Shown here: positions 24,301 through 31,896 of the stretch, piece by piece | Position numbering within the stretch: the first letter of the stretch is position 1 | How the letters are laid out: each line of letters starts with the position of its first letter | Source of the DNA: an uncultured virus (IMG/VR IMGVR_UViG_3300022468_000843) | Lineage: Duplodnaviria; Heunggongvirae; Uroviricota; Caudoviricetes | Length of the DNA: 32,230 nucleotides | IMG/VR virus record: IMGVR_UViG_3300022468_000843 | Direction: 5' to 3' (one strand) | Notes under the pieces: model-generated | Seen by the model: only the letters and a program-made list of their open reading frames with translations | Databases searched by the model: none | What the model was told of the DNA's origin: nothing | Position numbers and translations under genes: made by a program

Positions 24301-25986
24301 GATGGATTGCAGGTTCTGGAGCTGCTGGGCGTTGAGTCCGCCGGATTCTGGTGTGACAACGGGAGTCGCAGCCGGCGCGGGTTGTGGGGCGCTTTCCGGT
24401 TTCGGCTGTGACAGCTTTGCCTGCATGAGCGACAGCAGCAGCTTGGCATGCACCAGCGGCTTGTAGGTTTCGTTGCCTGGGGTATCGAGGTCGTTGATGA
24501 AACCCTGCAGGCCGCGCACATCGCCGGCGAGCGCGAAGTTGTTGGCCTTATTGACGTTGGCCTCGGCGCTGGAGCCGATGAAACCGATGAAGGGCAGCTC
24601 ATACTCGGTCAGGGCGCCTGGCTTGGCTTCCGCGTCCGGCATCTGCACCACCAGCGACATACCGAACTTCTTGGAGAGCACCTTCTCGGCAGCCATCGCC
24701 TGGGCGCCAAACCCGGCGGCATCGAACGCGTCCTGCTCGTCCTCGCCAGATTCCAGCGCGGCCACGAACTTGTCGACCTTCGGACCCATGTCTTCGGTGA
24801 GCACCGCCTTCAGCGGGGCGGCCATGGGAGCGTAGGGGCTGGCCTGCCCGCCCTGCTTCACCCAGTGGCCATCCTTGAGCACCAGGGTGCCGCCATCGGC
24901 GCCGGGCTTGGTGTCGCCCTCGTTCGGGCCGCTGGGCGCGCCAGGCTTGGAGGACGAGGCGGGCGGTACGCCGGTACCATCGGACCCGCCACCGGTCGCG
25001 TGCGCCACCGCGGCATCGTGCAGTGCGAGCAGCTTCTTCGAGTTGGCTGTCTTGCCGAGCCAGGTGTTCGGTACCTTACCCTTTGCGTTGGGCTTGAGGC
25101 CGTCGGCCTTCATGTCCTCCAGGACGACGCCGTTGCCAGCGTGCCCGTGGTCGATGACCTTCTGCGCGACATTTTCGTAGTGCTTCTTCACGCCGACGGT
25201 TTGCTTGCCTTCCTCGAAGGTGGGCATGGTCAGGGGGCCGGCGGGGGCAGCGGCCGGCGCCGGCGCCTTGGCCTGCAGCTCCGCCAGCTTCTTCTGCGCG
25301 TAGGCCACGATCTGCGGGTGCTCGGGGTTGTTCTTGGCCACGTTGGACAGGAACTCGACGTCACCCTCGGCGGCCTTGTCGTCCAGCGTGTTCATGACGT
25401 GCTGCGCCAGCGGGGCGAGCGGACCAGGCTCCTGCAGGCCATCAGTCACGGGCGGGGCGGCCTTGGGCGCCAGGTGCTCAGGCAGGCCAGACGGGTGGGG
25501 CACGGTCGGTACCGACTGCAGGGCGGCGTGCGTGCCCGCCTTCTGGCCGGGCGCAACCTGGTGCTTTGAGCCGTGCAGCCCGAGCAGGTGGTTCGCGATC
25601 TTGGCGAGCTTCTGGCCGTAGGTGTTCGAGCCGTAGGACACGGCCAGCATGCCGGTGACGTTGCCGGCGTCCGAGAGCTGCTGCAGGTTCGCCAGCGCCT
25701 TGTTGTACGACGGCGCGTTGGTGTTGGTGTCGGGCAGCTTGAGCGCGTCCCATTGCTCCTGCGTGAAGTGCGCAACGGCAGCATGGTCGCCGCCAGACTT
25801 CGGGTGGGCCGCGATCGGCGCGCCCTTGGGGGCGGGCTTGTCCTTGTGGAGTTTGTGCCACCGGCCGTTCAGCAGGTAGTAGCCACCCTGGTGCTTATAC
25901 ATCCCGTCGTGGTGGTGGGCCGCTTTGAGCAGAAGACCGCGGGAAACAACCAGGCGAGCGTGTGGAGTGGCGGCATTTTGCGTCAT
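21349..25986 (-). CDS. Giant multidomain effector: repeats + WGR-like + PI3/4-kinase/HipA-like + C-terminal R-S-E ADP-ribosyltransferase
   Basis: ART: SYTGSSYHAMNSSL, VLSRK, MSTS, EDEMILPPG. Kinase-like: GGSNPGG, WYCK, SEVLAAKLY, DAWLGNWD..G..DN, VDAGGSL. WGR-like: HNKSW...EYGKIG...EKLKKGY. Confidence 0.85.
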   Translation of the reverse strand: MTQNAATPHARLVVSRGLLLKAAHHHDGMYKHQGGYYLLNGRWHKLHKDKPAPKGAPIAAHPKSGGDHAAVAHFTQEQWDALKLPDTNTNAPSYNKALANLQQLSDAGNVTGMLAVSYGSNTYGQKLAKIANHLLGLHGSKHQVAPGQKAGTHAALQSVPTVPHPSGLPEHLAPKAAPPVTDGLQEPGPLAPLAQHVMNTLDDKAAEGDVEFLSNVAKNNPEHPQIVAYAQKKLAELQAKAPAPAAAPAGPLTMPTFEEGKQTVGVKKHYENVAQKVIDHGHAGNGVVLEDMKADGLKPNAKGKVPNTWLGKTANSKKLLALHDAAVAHATGGGSDGTGVPPASSSKPGAPSGPNEGDTKPGADGGTLVLKDGHWVKQGGQASPYAPMAAPLKAVLTEDMGPKVDKFVAALESGEDEQDAFDAAGFGAQAMAAEKVLSKKFGMSLVVQMPDAEAKPGALTEYELPFIGFIGSSAEANVNKANNFALAGDVRGLQGFINDLDTPGNETYKPLVHAKLLLSLMQAKLSQPKPESAPQPAPAATPVVTPESGGLNAQQLQNLQSIPWFKLKLPAENTNAKSHNAALDKIHAMAFAGDKAGLQAFIDAKGAAKQTYAKKQVLTAQTALAALGTPGATAAVPVKPAPAPTPAPAPAPAPAPAAASAAPKTVTAPKFILHNTTGGHNKSWSVYVAPNASGGADMVTEYGKIGGTQQKTVKSFPTVDAAQSAAGALKQEKLKKGYESKGAIFGHKVTVSAGAPETGPKEGDTKQGADGMLVLKDGHWVKVGQGPKALTPGDLENIKAKTSGYSKSEFAKVLKHAALAGDATAIQKWKASNAGKMPITQKLADKLLAAMGAGQVAPLGGMGGWSYAASDMGMSGHPSLTNDVGIIAWNAEEGQAEFHFDFDDDPDPLIGASLPDLLKKMVAAGYDAPPLAAMQKLDPAFKASDIPAAKPAATQPAAFTVGANGLPSMDSWVQTGGQGGSNPGGKFKDPTGQEWYCKFPSDEATAKSEVLAAKLYGLAGLSGQDAILVSKGGKVGIATKWTDIKKASSAAALAKVDGVHSGFAVDAWLGNWDVVGMSLDNLQVGPDGKAHRVDAGGSLEYRAQGEKKPFGVKVDEIDTLRDAAKNPHAAAVFGKMTKADITASVAKVAAISDVTIRAMVNQHGPGTQDQKAKLAETLIARKADLLKRYPQAAKKKKAVVFDPSKVSAPPSFLNWGGSGKSGPSSKEFLNKANEEAAQAIYQAAKTGNLDAIKSLQANVYDKDTGAVSGSKPVLEHPSQHIKGYAQQVINEINYQMNPPKRFRFDGGHPLHSLNAAYPAHHGAPSSAAAQKLGKYIVLGTPGTVKLEDLALPPKITHSSQGGTLSQQTYSPAAQASIAKMPATQQQAVQSYTGSSYHAMNSSLWAGNPTGAAKSAGEALKTLGHEIAPGTVLSRKINLHGADLEAMLASSGKILQEPAIMSTSIRPSSWSGNIQLKLHVGPGVKGLWVGPGSKPGGGALSKHASEDEMILPPGTRMLIVAVKKGPDSDGFGQHGTHIVEAVILPT

Positions 25987-26008
25987 GCCGCCATGTTGCA
26001 GTCACGAC
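25987..26008 (-). promoter_or_regulatory. Late-promoter motif for the ART operon
   Basis: GTCGTGA-CTG-CAACAT-GGCGGC-ATG; the TGA of the motif is also the stop of the upstream gene. Confidence 0.7.
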
Positions 26009-26544
26009 TGGGGCGCCGCGTCTTTCTCCCGCATGGCCTTCTCGCGATCGCGCACCTCGCGCAGGTCGTAGCCCCGCGTGCGCATGCGGCGCACCTCGTT
26101 GGGCGACAGGTTTGCCAGCTCCCACTCGGCGTCTTTTTTGAATTTGCGCTTGAGGCGTTTCACCTCGCGCTCGGCGGTCGGCTTGCCGGCCCACACGATC
26201 GTCCAGACCATGCGCCGGCCAGGATCCTGCGACGGCCAGCCCGGGATGAAGAACAGGATGACGGGCCGCTTGCGCTGCCGTTTTTCCTCCTTTGCCGCGG
26301 CGACCGCAGCCACACCCGGCGACACGTCGGGCGCGGGGGCGCTGGGCGTGGGGGCGGCGGCCAGCTCGAAGACCCGGCAGCTCGCCCCGCCCCGACGCAG
26401 GATGACGCCAGCCTTGCGCAGCGTGTGCACGGCGTCCCAGAGCGGCTGGCCCTGGACGCCGACTCGGGCGCCGATTTCCTGCATTGAGCCCGGCAACGCC
26501 GCCAATACGGCGTCGTGCAGGGCGTTGATGCCGGAATCGGTCAC
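26002..26544 (-). CDS. Hypothetical protein with N-terminal winged-helix-like segment
   Basis: GTGA overlap start; SMQEIGARVGV...LWDAVHTLRKAGVI pattern. Confidence 0.55.
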   Translation of the reverse strand: MTDSGINALHDAVLAALPGSMQEIGARVGVQGQPLWDAVHTLRKAGVILRRGGASCRVFELAAAPTPSAPAPDVSPGVAAVAAAKEEKRQRKRPVILFFIPGWPSQDPGRRMVWTIVWAGKPTAEREVKRLKRKFKKDAEWELANLSPNEVRRMRTRGYDLREVRDREKAMREKDAAPQS

Positions 26545-26843
26545 AGCGGTACCGCGGGCGCAGGGGGCGCGCGCCGGCCTTGCTCGAACCAGTACCAGGC
26601 GTGGCGGTCGATCTCGCCGCCGCACTCGATGCACCGGTACCGCTGGCGCAGGGGCGCCATGGGCGTGCCCTGGGGCATCTGCACCGGTGCGAACTCGTGG
26701 TACGGGCAGGAATCCAGACGCTCCGCGTTGGCCTTCACCTCGGCCGCCAGGTCCGCCATGGACGTGCGCGACAGGCCGGTCAGGTCGGCCATGACGCCCA
26801 CGCCGTCGTAGGTGCCGTCCGGGTTGCGGTTTCGCTCGAGCAC
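26541..26843 (-). CDS. Small putative zinc-binding phage protein
   Basis: CPYHEF...YRCIECGG; tight operon packing. Confidence 0.65.
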   Translation of the reverse strand: MLERNRNPDGTYDGVGVMADLTGLSRTSMADLAAEVKANAERLDSCPYHEFAPVQMPQGTPMAPLRQRYRCIECGGEIDRHAWYWFEQGRRAPPAPAVPL

Positions 26844-26844
26844 A

Positions 26845-27198
26845 TCAGGCCCCGGGGACGACCAGGCCGGCTTCGCGGGCGCTGGCCTTGATCATGGCCT
26901 GCGTGCTGATCGCGTTGATGTCGCCGGAATCGGCCGCCACGCGCAGAGCCTCAGCGGCGCCCGGGGCGTCGAAGAACGACTGCGCCATTTCGACATCAGG
27001 GCCGAAGACGGACGAGTCCCAGGCGACGGGCACGAGGGTGGTGTCGGGGGCGGTACCGAGCGGCTGGCAGGTGTGCAGGCTGATCGGGGGCATGGCCGAC
27101 ATGAACACGCCGTCGCCCATGTGCACCATGGGGTACGTGGCGCCCTCGGGCGTGATGACGGGCAGCGTGATCCACTTGGGCAGGGTGAACTTGAACAT
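26845..27198 (-). CDS. Hypothetical protein (117 aa)
   Basis: ATG at 27198 just after the methyltransferase stop; stop abuts the next start. Confidence 0.55.
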   Translation of the reverse strand: MFKFTLPKWITLPVITPEGATYPMVHMGDGVFMSAMPPISLHTCQPLGTAPDTTLVPVAWDSSVFGPDVEMAQSFFDAPGAAEALRVAADSGDINAISTQAMIKASAREAGLVVPGA

Positions 27199-27208
27199 TT
27201 GTGGGGCC

Positions 27209-28699
27209 TTAGAACGGGTCGGCGGGATTGCCGGTGGCGGGCGCAACCGGCGCCGTGACGGCCTCGACGGTGGCGCGGACAGCGCCCTCGGCGGGAAAGG
27301 GTTCGCCGGTGACGGCATGGACCGCGCGGCGGCCGGTGAGCATTTCCCAGCGGCGCACAGCCACATCAACGAACTTCGGATCCAGGTCGCAGACCCGGGC
27401 GATCAGGCCCATGCGGTCGGCGGCGATCAGCGTTGTGCCGGAGCCGGAAAACTGGTCGATGACGATATCGCCCGGCCGGCTGGACGGCTTCATGAGCTTT
27501 TCCCACAGGCCCACGGGCTTCGTGGTCGGGTGCAGCTCAGAGCGCGAGGGCTTGTCGTGGTAGACCACGGACCCGGGCATTTCCTCCAGTGTGGCCTGGC
27601 CATCGACGATGAGGACGTTGTCGCCCACGGTGATCGCCCAGCGGCCATCTTCGAGCCGGCGCACGGGGCCGTGCTCGCCGTACTCGACCACGGTCGTGCG
27701 CTTGCGGCCACCATACCAGCGGTGCGCGGCGCCAGGCTTCCAGCCGTACAGGATCGGCTCGTGCTGCCACTGGTAGTCCGAGCGCCCGAGCACGAGCGAG
27801 TTCTTGCGCCAGATGAGGCAGCCGGACAGCTTGAAGCCGGCCGCCCGGAACTCGCTGCGGAAGTTCAGGCCCTCGGTGTCGGCGTGCGCCACGTAGATCG
27901 GGGCGCCGGCCTTCATGCACGCGAACGCGGTGTCGTAGGCGCCGCGCAGGAACTCGCGGAACTCCTTGTCGCCCATGTCGTCGTTTTTGATCTTGCCGGC
28001 CAGCTTGGATTCGTAGGCCACGTTGTACGGCGGGTCCGTGATGCACAAGTCCGCCAGCTCGCCCTGCATGAGGCGGTCCCACAGCTCCTGAGACAGCGAG
28101 TCGCCGCACGCCACGCGGTGCGGGCCGCACACCCAGATATCGCCGACCATGGACACCGGGTTGTCCGGCGTGGGCGGTACCGCCTCGGGATCCGCGCCGC
28201 CCTCGGGCATTTCGGGCTCGGGCATGCCCTCGAACATCTTGGCGAGATCTTCCTCGGCGAAGCCCAGCTCGGCCTCCAGGTCGAAGCCGGCCGAGCGCAG
28301 GTAGTCCGTTTCGGCTTTGAGCATTTCGAGGTCGTAGCCGCCGCCGATTTCAGCCGACCGGTTGTCCCAGATGACCAGGGCCCGGCGCTCGTCCTCGTTG
28401 AGGTGCGACAGGTCGATGGTGGGCACCCGCTTCAAGCCCAGGTGGTTCGCCGCCAAGATCCGGCCGTGGCCAGCAAGGATGCCGTCGTCGGCGGTGAGCA
28501 CCGGGTTCGTGAAGCCGGCCGGGCCCTTCATCGAGCGAGCCAGGGCCTCGATCTGGGCCTGGCTGTGCTTGCGCGAGTTGCGCGCGTACGGCAGCAGCTC
28601 GGCGACGAGGCGCAGCTTGATCTCGGTCGGCATGCGCACGCCGTCGATGAACTGGGCGCCGTTGTTGGCGTCCGCGGCGAGTTTCAGGTGGTCGGCCAT
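27209..28699 (-). CDS. ParB-N domain fused to N6-adenine/N4-cytosine DNA methyltransferase (beta class)
   Basis: LLPYARNSRKH...GFTNPVL...LAGHGR (ParB-like); TDPPYN catalytic motif; HPTTKPV; DQFSGSGTT SAM-binding motif. Confidence 0.92.
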   Translation of the reverse strand: MADHLKLAADANNGAQFIDGVRMPTEIKLRLVAELLPYARNSRKHSQAQIEALARSMKGPAGFTNPVLTADDGILAGHGRILAANHLGLKRVPTIDLSHLNEDERRALVIWDNRSAEIGGGYDLEMLKAETDYLRSAGFDLEAELGFAEEDLAKMFEGMPEPEMPEGGADPEAVPPTPDNPVSMVGDIWVCGPHRVACGDSLSQELWDRLMQGELADLCITDPPYNVAYESKLAGKIKNDDMGDKEFREFLRGAYDTAFACMKAGAPIYVAHADTEGLNFRSEFRAAGFKLSGCLIWRKNSLVLGRSDYQWQHEPILYGWKPGAAHRWYGGRKRTTVVEYGEHGPVRRLEDGRWAITVGDNVLIVDGQATLEEMPGSVVYHDKPSRSELHPTTKPVGLWEKLMKPSSRPGDIVIDQFSGSGTTLIAADRMGLIARVCDLDPKFVDVAVRRWEMLTGRRAVHAVTGEPFPAEGAVRATVEAVTAPVAPATGNPADPF

Positions 28700-29433
28700 C
28701 AGAACTCCCCGCCAGCGTCAGGGGGCATGCCATCGGCACCAGCGTGCGCGGCAGCGACCACATCAGGTCCGCCGGTGCGCACCTCGGAGGTGGTGCCGCT
28801 CTGGCGGTCGATGACCACCACGGTACCGCCGTCAGCGCCGCGGGCCGCCTCGTTCAGACCAAAGGCGCGGCACTCGCCCACCTGCACGATCTGGAGCGTC
28901 TCGGCCGTGATCTTGGCGAGCTTGGCGCGCTCGAAGGCGTCCGTTTGCTTGCCCTGGTTGGAAAGCTGGATGGCGTCATAGGCCAGCTTGCGCGGGGCCG
29001 ACCACTCCTTGCGGTGGCGATCGAGCACGCCGGCGCGGATATCGACCGCATGCTGCATGGAGACATCGCGGCTGGCTTCTTGCGCAGCCACCTCGTCGGA
29101 TAGGGGTTTGCCAAGTTCGGACATACGGACCTTGAAGGAGTTGGCCAGAGCGGCAGCCCTGGCGGGTAGATCGGTGACGGTGCGGGCGACGGACTTCCAG
29201 CCGTCCTCGGCCTTCCAGCGCCGCAGCGTGCTCTCGGGGACTTTGCCGCCCAGCTCCTGGAACACGAGCCCGCAGGTCGCGCCGGGCGTGGCCTCGTAGA
29301 TCGCGCGGGCTGCGGCGCGGGCGTCCGGGGCTTTGATGGGCTGGTTTTTTCCGCCGCGATTGGCGGTAGGCATCTGCCCGCCGCGACCAGGTCGGGCGGG
29401 CAGCGCATCGCTGGGCGGTTGCGTGTTCGTCAT
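28699..29433 (-). CDS. Putative terminase small subunit
   Basis: HTH-like ARAIYE...ESTLRRWKAEDGW plus helical middle; preceded by the late motif; adjacent to a ParB-methyltransferase as in many packaging modules. Confidence 0.55.
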   Translation of the reverse strand: MTNTQPPSDALPARPGRGGQMPTANRGGKNQPIKAPDARAAARAIYEATPGATCGLVFQELGGKVPESTLRRWKAEDGWKSVARTVTDLPARAAALANSFKVRMSELGKPLSDEVAAQEASRDVSMQHAVDIRAGVLDRHRKEWSAPRKLAYDAIQLSNQGKQTDAFERAKLAKITAETLQIVQVGECRAFGLNEAARGADGGTVVVIDRQSGTTSEVRTGGPDVVAAAHAGADGMPPDAGGEF

Positions 29434-29456
29434 GAGCGGTAGTGTCGCGTCACGAC
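29434..29456 (-). promoter_or_regulatory. Late-promoter motif (first in transcription order)
   Basis: GTCGTGA-CGC-GACACT-ACCGCTC-ATG. Confidence 0.65.
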
Positions 29457-29470
29457 ACGCAAAGGACGCG

Positions 29471-29647
29471 CTACCGGATCGGGCAGTCCGGGTTGTCCGA
29501 GCCGCAGGTGGCAGGCGGGCCGCCCCGGCGCTCCAGGCCGCAGGTGGGGCAGATCCACCAGGTGGACACGAGCGGGCCGGTGTCGTCGGGCAAAACCTTG
29601 TTGAGCGGCTCGTGCTGCTCGGGGCGGAGCAGGTCGGGGTCGGTCAT
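29471..29647 (-). CDS. Small Cys-rich hypothetical protein
   Basis: ATGA overlap start; WWICPTCG...CGSDNPDC. Confidence 0.5.
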   Translation of the reverse strand: MTDPDLLRPEQHEPLNKVLPDDTGPLVSTWWICPTCGLERRGGPPATCGSDNPDCPIR

Positions 29648-30243
29648 TCCGGCACCTTGCCAGCGTAGGCATAAGGGCGCGGAGCCCACGCAATCGGGCG
29701 GAAGAAGTAGCTGTGCTGGAAGGTGAACTCGCCTTCGTGCATCCACTTGTTTCCACCCTTGTGCTCGAGCACGTGCACCTCGCGGCCGCTGTCGGTTTCG
29801 ACGGTGACCAGCCACTCGCCCCGGGCGGGCAGAGACGCGTGGGCGCCGTCGGCCAACGCGATCCAGGCGATCGCGGGGGCTGGAGCGGCTGGCTCCAGCG
29901 GACGCAAGGCGTCACGGACTGCCGCGTTCAGTAGCCGCTCGCGCTCGGCATAGACCACCATGTCGTAGGCCTTGTCGAAGGCGCGACGACGGGCGGATGC
30001 GCGGGCACGCTCGGGGTCAGGCTTGCTCAGATCCTGCAGCAACGCCTCGCCGGTCACGAGGTGGCCGTTCTTGAGCACCAGGACGCAGAACTGCACGCCG
30101 GTGAGCGGGTCGTGGGTGCTGAGGGACATATCGCCACCGGTCGCCCGGACGTGGGCGCCGTTGGAGCCGTCCTGACCGGTGAAATAGTGCTCGCTGGCGA
30201 TGGCGGCCTCGACCATGGCCGGGGTGACTTGCGGCGCGCTCAT
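29644..30243 (-). CDS. N4 gp49/Sf6 gp66-family protein with an extra C-terminal domain
   Basis: VTPAMVEAAIASEHYFT...FCVLVLKNGHLVTGE pattern; ATGA overlap start at 30243. Confidence 0.7.
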   Translation of the reverse strand: MSAPQVTPAMVEAAIASEHYFTGQDGSNGAHVRATGGDMSLSTHDPLTGVQFCVLVLKNGHLVTGEALLQDLSKPDPERARASARRRAFDKAYDMVVYAERERLLNAAVRDALRPLEPAAPAPAIAWIALADGAHASLPARGEWLVTVETDSGREVHVLEHKGGNKWMHEGEFTFQHSYFFRPIAWAPRPYAYAGKVPE

Positions 30244-30725
30244 TGGCAGCTCTCGCAAGCACCCTCGCTCGACAGGTCGCAGGCCGGGGCCAGCGGGGCG
30301 TCGGAGGACAGGTCGAGGCTTGTGGACTGGGCCTGAGCCACAGCCAGCCGCACGTCGGCACCCAGCGGCGCTGCACCCAGCGGCGTGGTGGCCGTGATGG
30401 CGCGATCGATGGCGGCATCGCGGCGGGCCTGGCCTTGCTGGTAGGGCATCCACTCGGCGTAGAAGCCCACGGCGGGTACTGGGTCGCCGGGCTGGAGCAT
30501 AGGCACGCTGGTGGCGATGAACGGGTGGCCGTAGTGGTCGAGCACGGCCAGGTTCACCATGCGGTCGTTCCACACGTAGACCACGGTGGCGTCGAGCGGC
30601 TGGTCGCCCATGGTTGTGAGGTGGCTGGGCATGTATTCGGTGGTGCCGGCGCGCCGCAGCAGGGTGTTGCCGTTGGGGCGAAACCAGACCTTGCGGCCGA
30701 CGGTGGGGGTGATGACTTGGGACAT
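30240..30725 (-). CDS. Conserved phage hypothetical protein
   Basis: PTVGRKVWFRP...QPLDATVVYVW...MVNLAVLD...EWMPYQ. Confidence 0.75.
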   Translation of the reverse strand: MSQVITPTVGRKVWFRPNGNTLLRRAGTTEYMPSHLTTMGDQPLDATVVYVWNDRMVNLAVLDHYGHPFIATSVPMLQPGDPVPAVGFYAEWMPYQQGQARRDAAIDRAITATTPLGAAPLGADVRLAVAQAQSTSLDLSSDAPLAPACDLSSEGACESCQ

Positions 30726-30813
30726 TTTGCGGGGGTGGTTGATTGCCGGCAGCCGGCCGGCGCGGGGTTTGGGGCAAGTCCCGCCGGGCGCGAGCTTGCT
30801 ACAGATTCAATAG

Positions 30814-31086
30814 CTATCGACGCAATCGCAGCGTGCCTCTACACCGCCAAAGCCAGCGAATCGCGATGAACGCGAAGCCCAGGGCGGTGAGGACAAGGAT
30901 TAGCCCGGAGAGGATGAACGGCGTGGCCAGCAGCACGATCTGCCAAGGACCGTCGGAGACGACGAGCCAGGCCAGCAGGGCCAGCCAGACGACCGCGGCG
31001 TAGAGGAACGAGACGAGGACGTGCACGGCGGCAGCTCCAGGGGGCGATGCCCGGGAGGATAGCGGCGCGGCGTGCACGAGGGTCAT
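30814..31086 (-). CDS. Small membrane protein (2 TM segments)
   Basis: Two long hydrophobic stretches and a basic tail; ATGA overlap. Confidence 0.55.
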   Translation of the reverse strand: MTLVHAAPLSSRASPPGAAAVHVLVSFLYAAVVWLALLAWLVVSDGPWQIVLLATPFILSGLILVLTALGFAFIAIRWLWRCRGTLRLRR

Positions 31087-31520
31087 GAGGAAGCAGGTGT
31101 TTGCGGGAGGTCGGCGCGCCACTTGCAACCAGCGCAGCGCTGGTCAGCCTGGCCCAGCGAAGACAAAGTGTAACGGCAATCCGGGGCCATGCGGAACGTG
31201 AACGAGTGGCCGTCGGGCAGGGAAACCTCGGGCTTGAACGGCTCGCGGTTGTGGCAGGCGTAGGGGTTGGCGGGGCGGGGCGGCGCGGGCAGCGTGTAGT
31301 TGCCGTCGTGGCGCGGCGTCAGGCGGATGAGGTCGGCGCGGGACAGCAGCTCGGATCGGGTGAGGACACTCAGCGGGGTGCCGCTCGAAGCGGGCAGCAC
31401 AAGGCACTCACCCAGCGGCACGCCGTACAGCATGGCGAGCTGGCTGGCGCTGACGTGGTGCCAGTCGCCATCGGCGCACGAGCGGACGGTACCGGGGCAG
31501 AGCAGGTAGCGGGCGGTCAT
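31083..31520 (-). CDS. Hypothetical protein with C-terminal Cys cluster
   Basis: ATGA overlap; YACHNR...DCRY...RCAGC. Confidence 0.6.
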   Translation of the reverse strand: MTARYLLCPGTVRSCADGDWHHVSASQLAMLYGVPLGECLVLPASSGTPLSVLTRSELLSRADLIRLTPRHDGNYTLPAPPRPANPYACHNREPFKPEVSLPDGHSFTFRMAPDCRYTLSSLGQADQRCAGCKWRADLPQTPASS

Positions 31521-31744
31521 GAGCGACGCCCCTTGCGCTCGGTCTTCCACTGGGCCTTGCGGCGGCGCTCACGGGGCGGCCCGAGGTCCACAGCGCGGGG
31601 CAGGTTGAACGCGGGCAAGTCCGGCTCGTCGGTCTTGACGGTGATGGTGCCGGTTCCGATCTCCACGAAGGCGTCCCGGTCCAGCAGTGCGACAGCCAAA
31701 GCCAGGGAGGCGCGGCCGTGGTCGGCGATGAGGATGCGGGTCAT
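31517..31744 (-). CDS. Hypothetical protein
   Basis: ATGA-coupled at both ends; MTRILIADHG...KAQWKTERKGRRS. Confidence 0.55.
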   Translation of the reverse strand: MTRILIADHGRASLALAVALLDRDAFVEIGTGTITVKTDEPDLPAFNLPRAVDLGPPRERRRKAQWKTERKGRRS

Positions 31745-31896
31745 GGCAGATGGCGCGCAGCGAGCACGCAGAGGGCGGGGAAGACGACGAGGGAAGCGAA
31801 GGCGGCAGCGTCCAGCGGGTCGCGGATGCCGCCCCGCGTTTGGAACAAGCCGACCCACAGGATAGCCCAGGCAGCGAGCATGAGGTTTGCGATCAC
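31741..31896 (-). CDS. Small membrane protein
   Basis: GTGA overlap start; two hydrophobic segments. Confidence 0.45.
   Translation of the reverse strand: MIANLMLAAWAILWVGLFQTRGGIRDPLDAAAFASLVVFPALCVLAARHLP

Noticed and set aside
27209..28699. Restriction-modification system or plasmid partition locus
   Set aside because: No cognate endonuclease or ParA is seen; ParB-N/methyltransferase fusions are common orphans next to phage terminase genes.
3103..28981. Long plus-strand ORFs such as 3103..4596, 8587..10749, 14086..15813, 15823..18090, 21553..22926 and 26888..28981
   Set aside because: They are antisense shadows of well-supported minus-strand genes in high-GC DNA, with no recognisable motifs.
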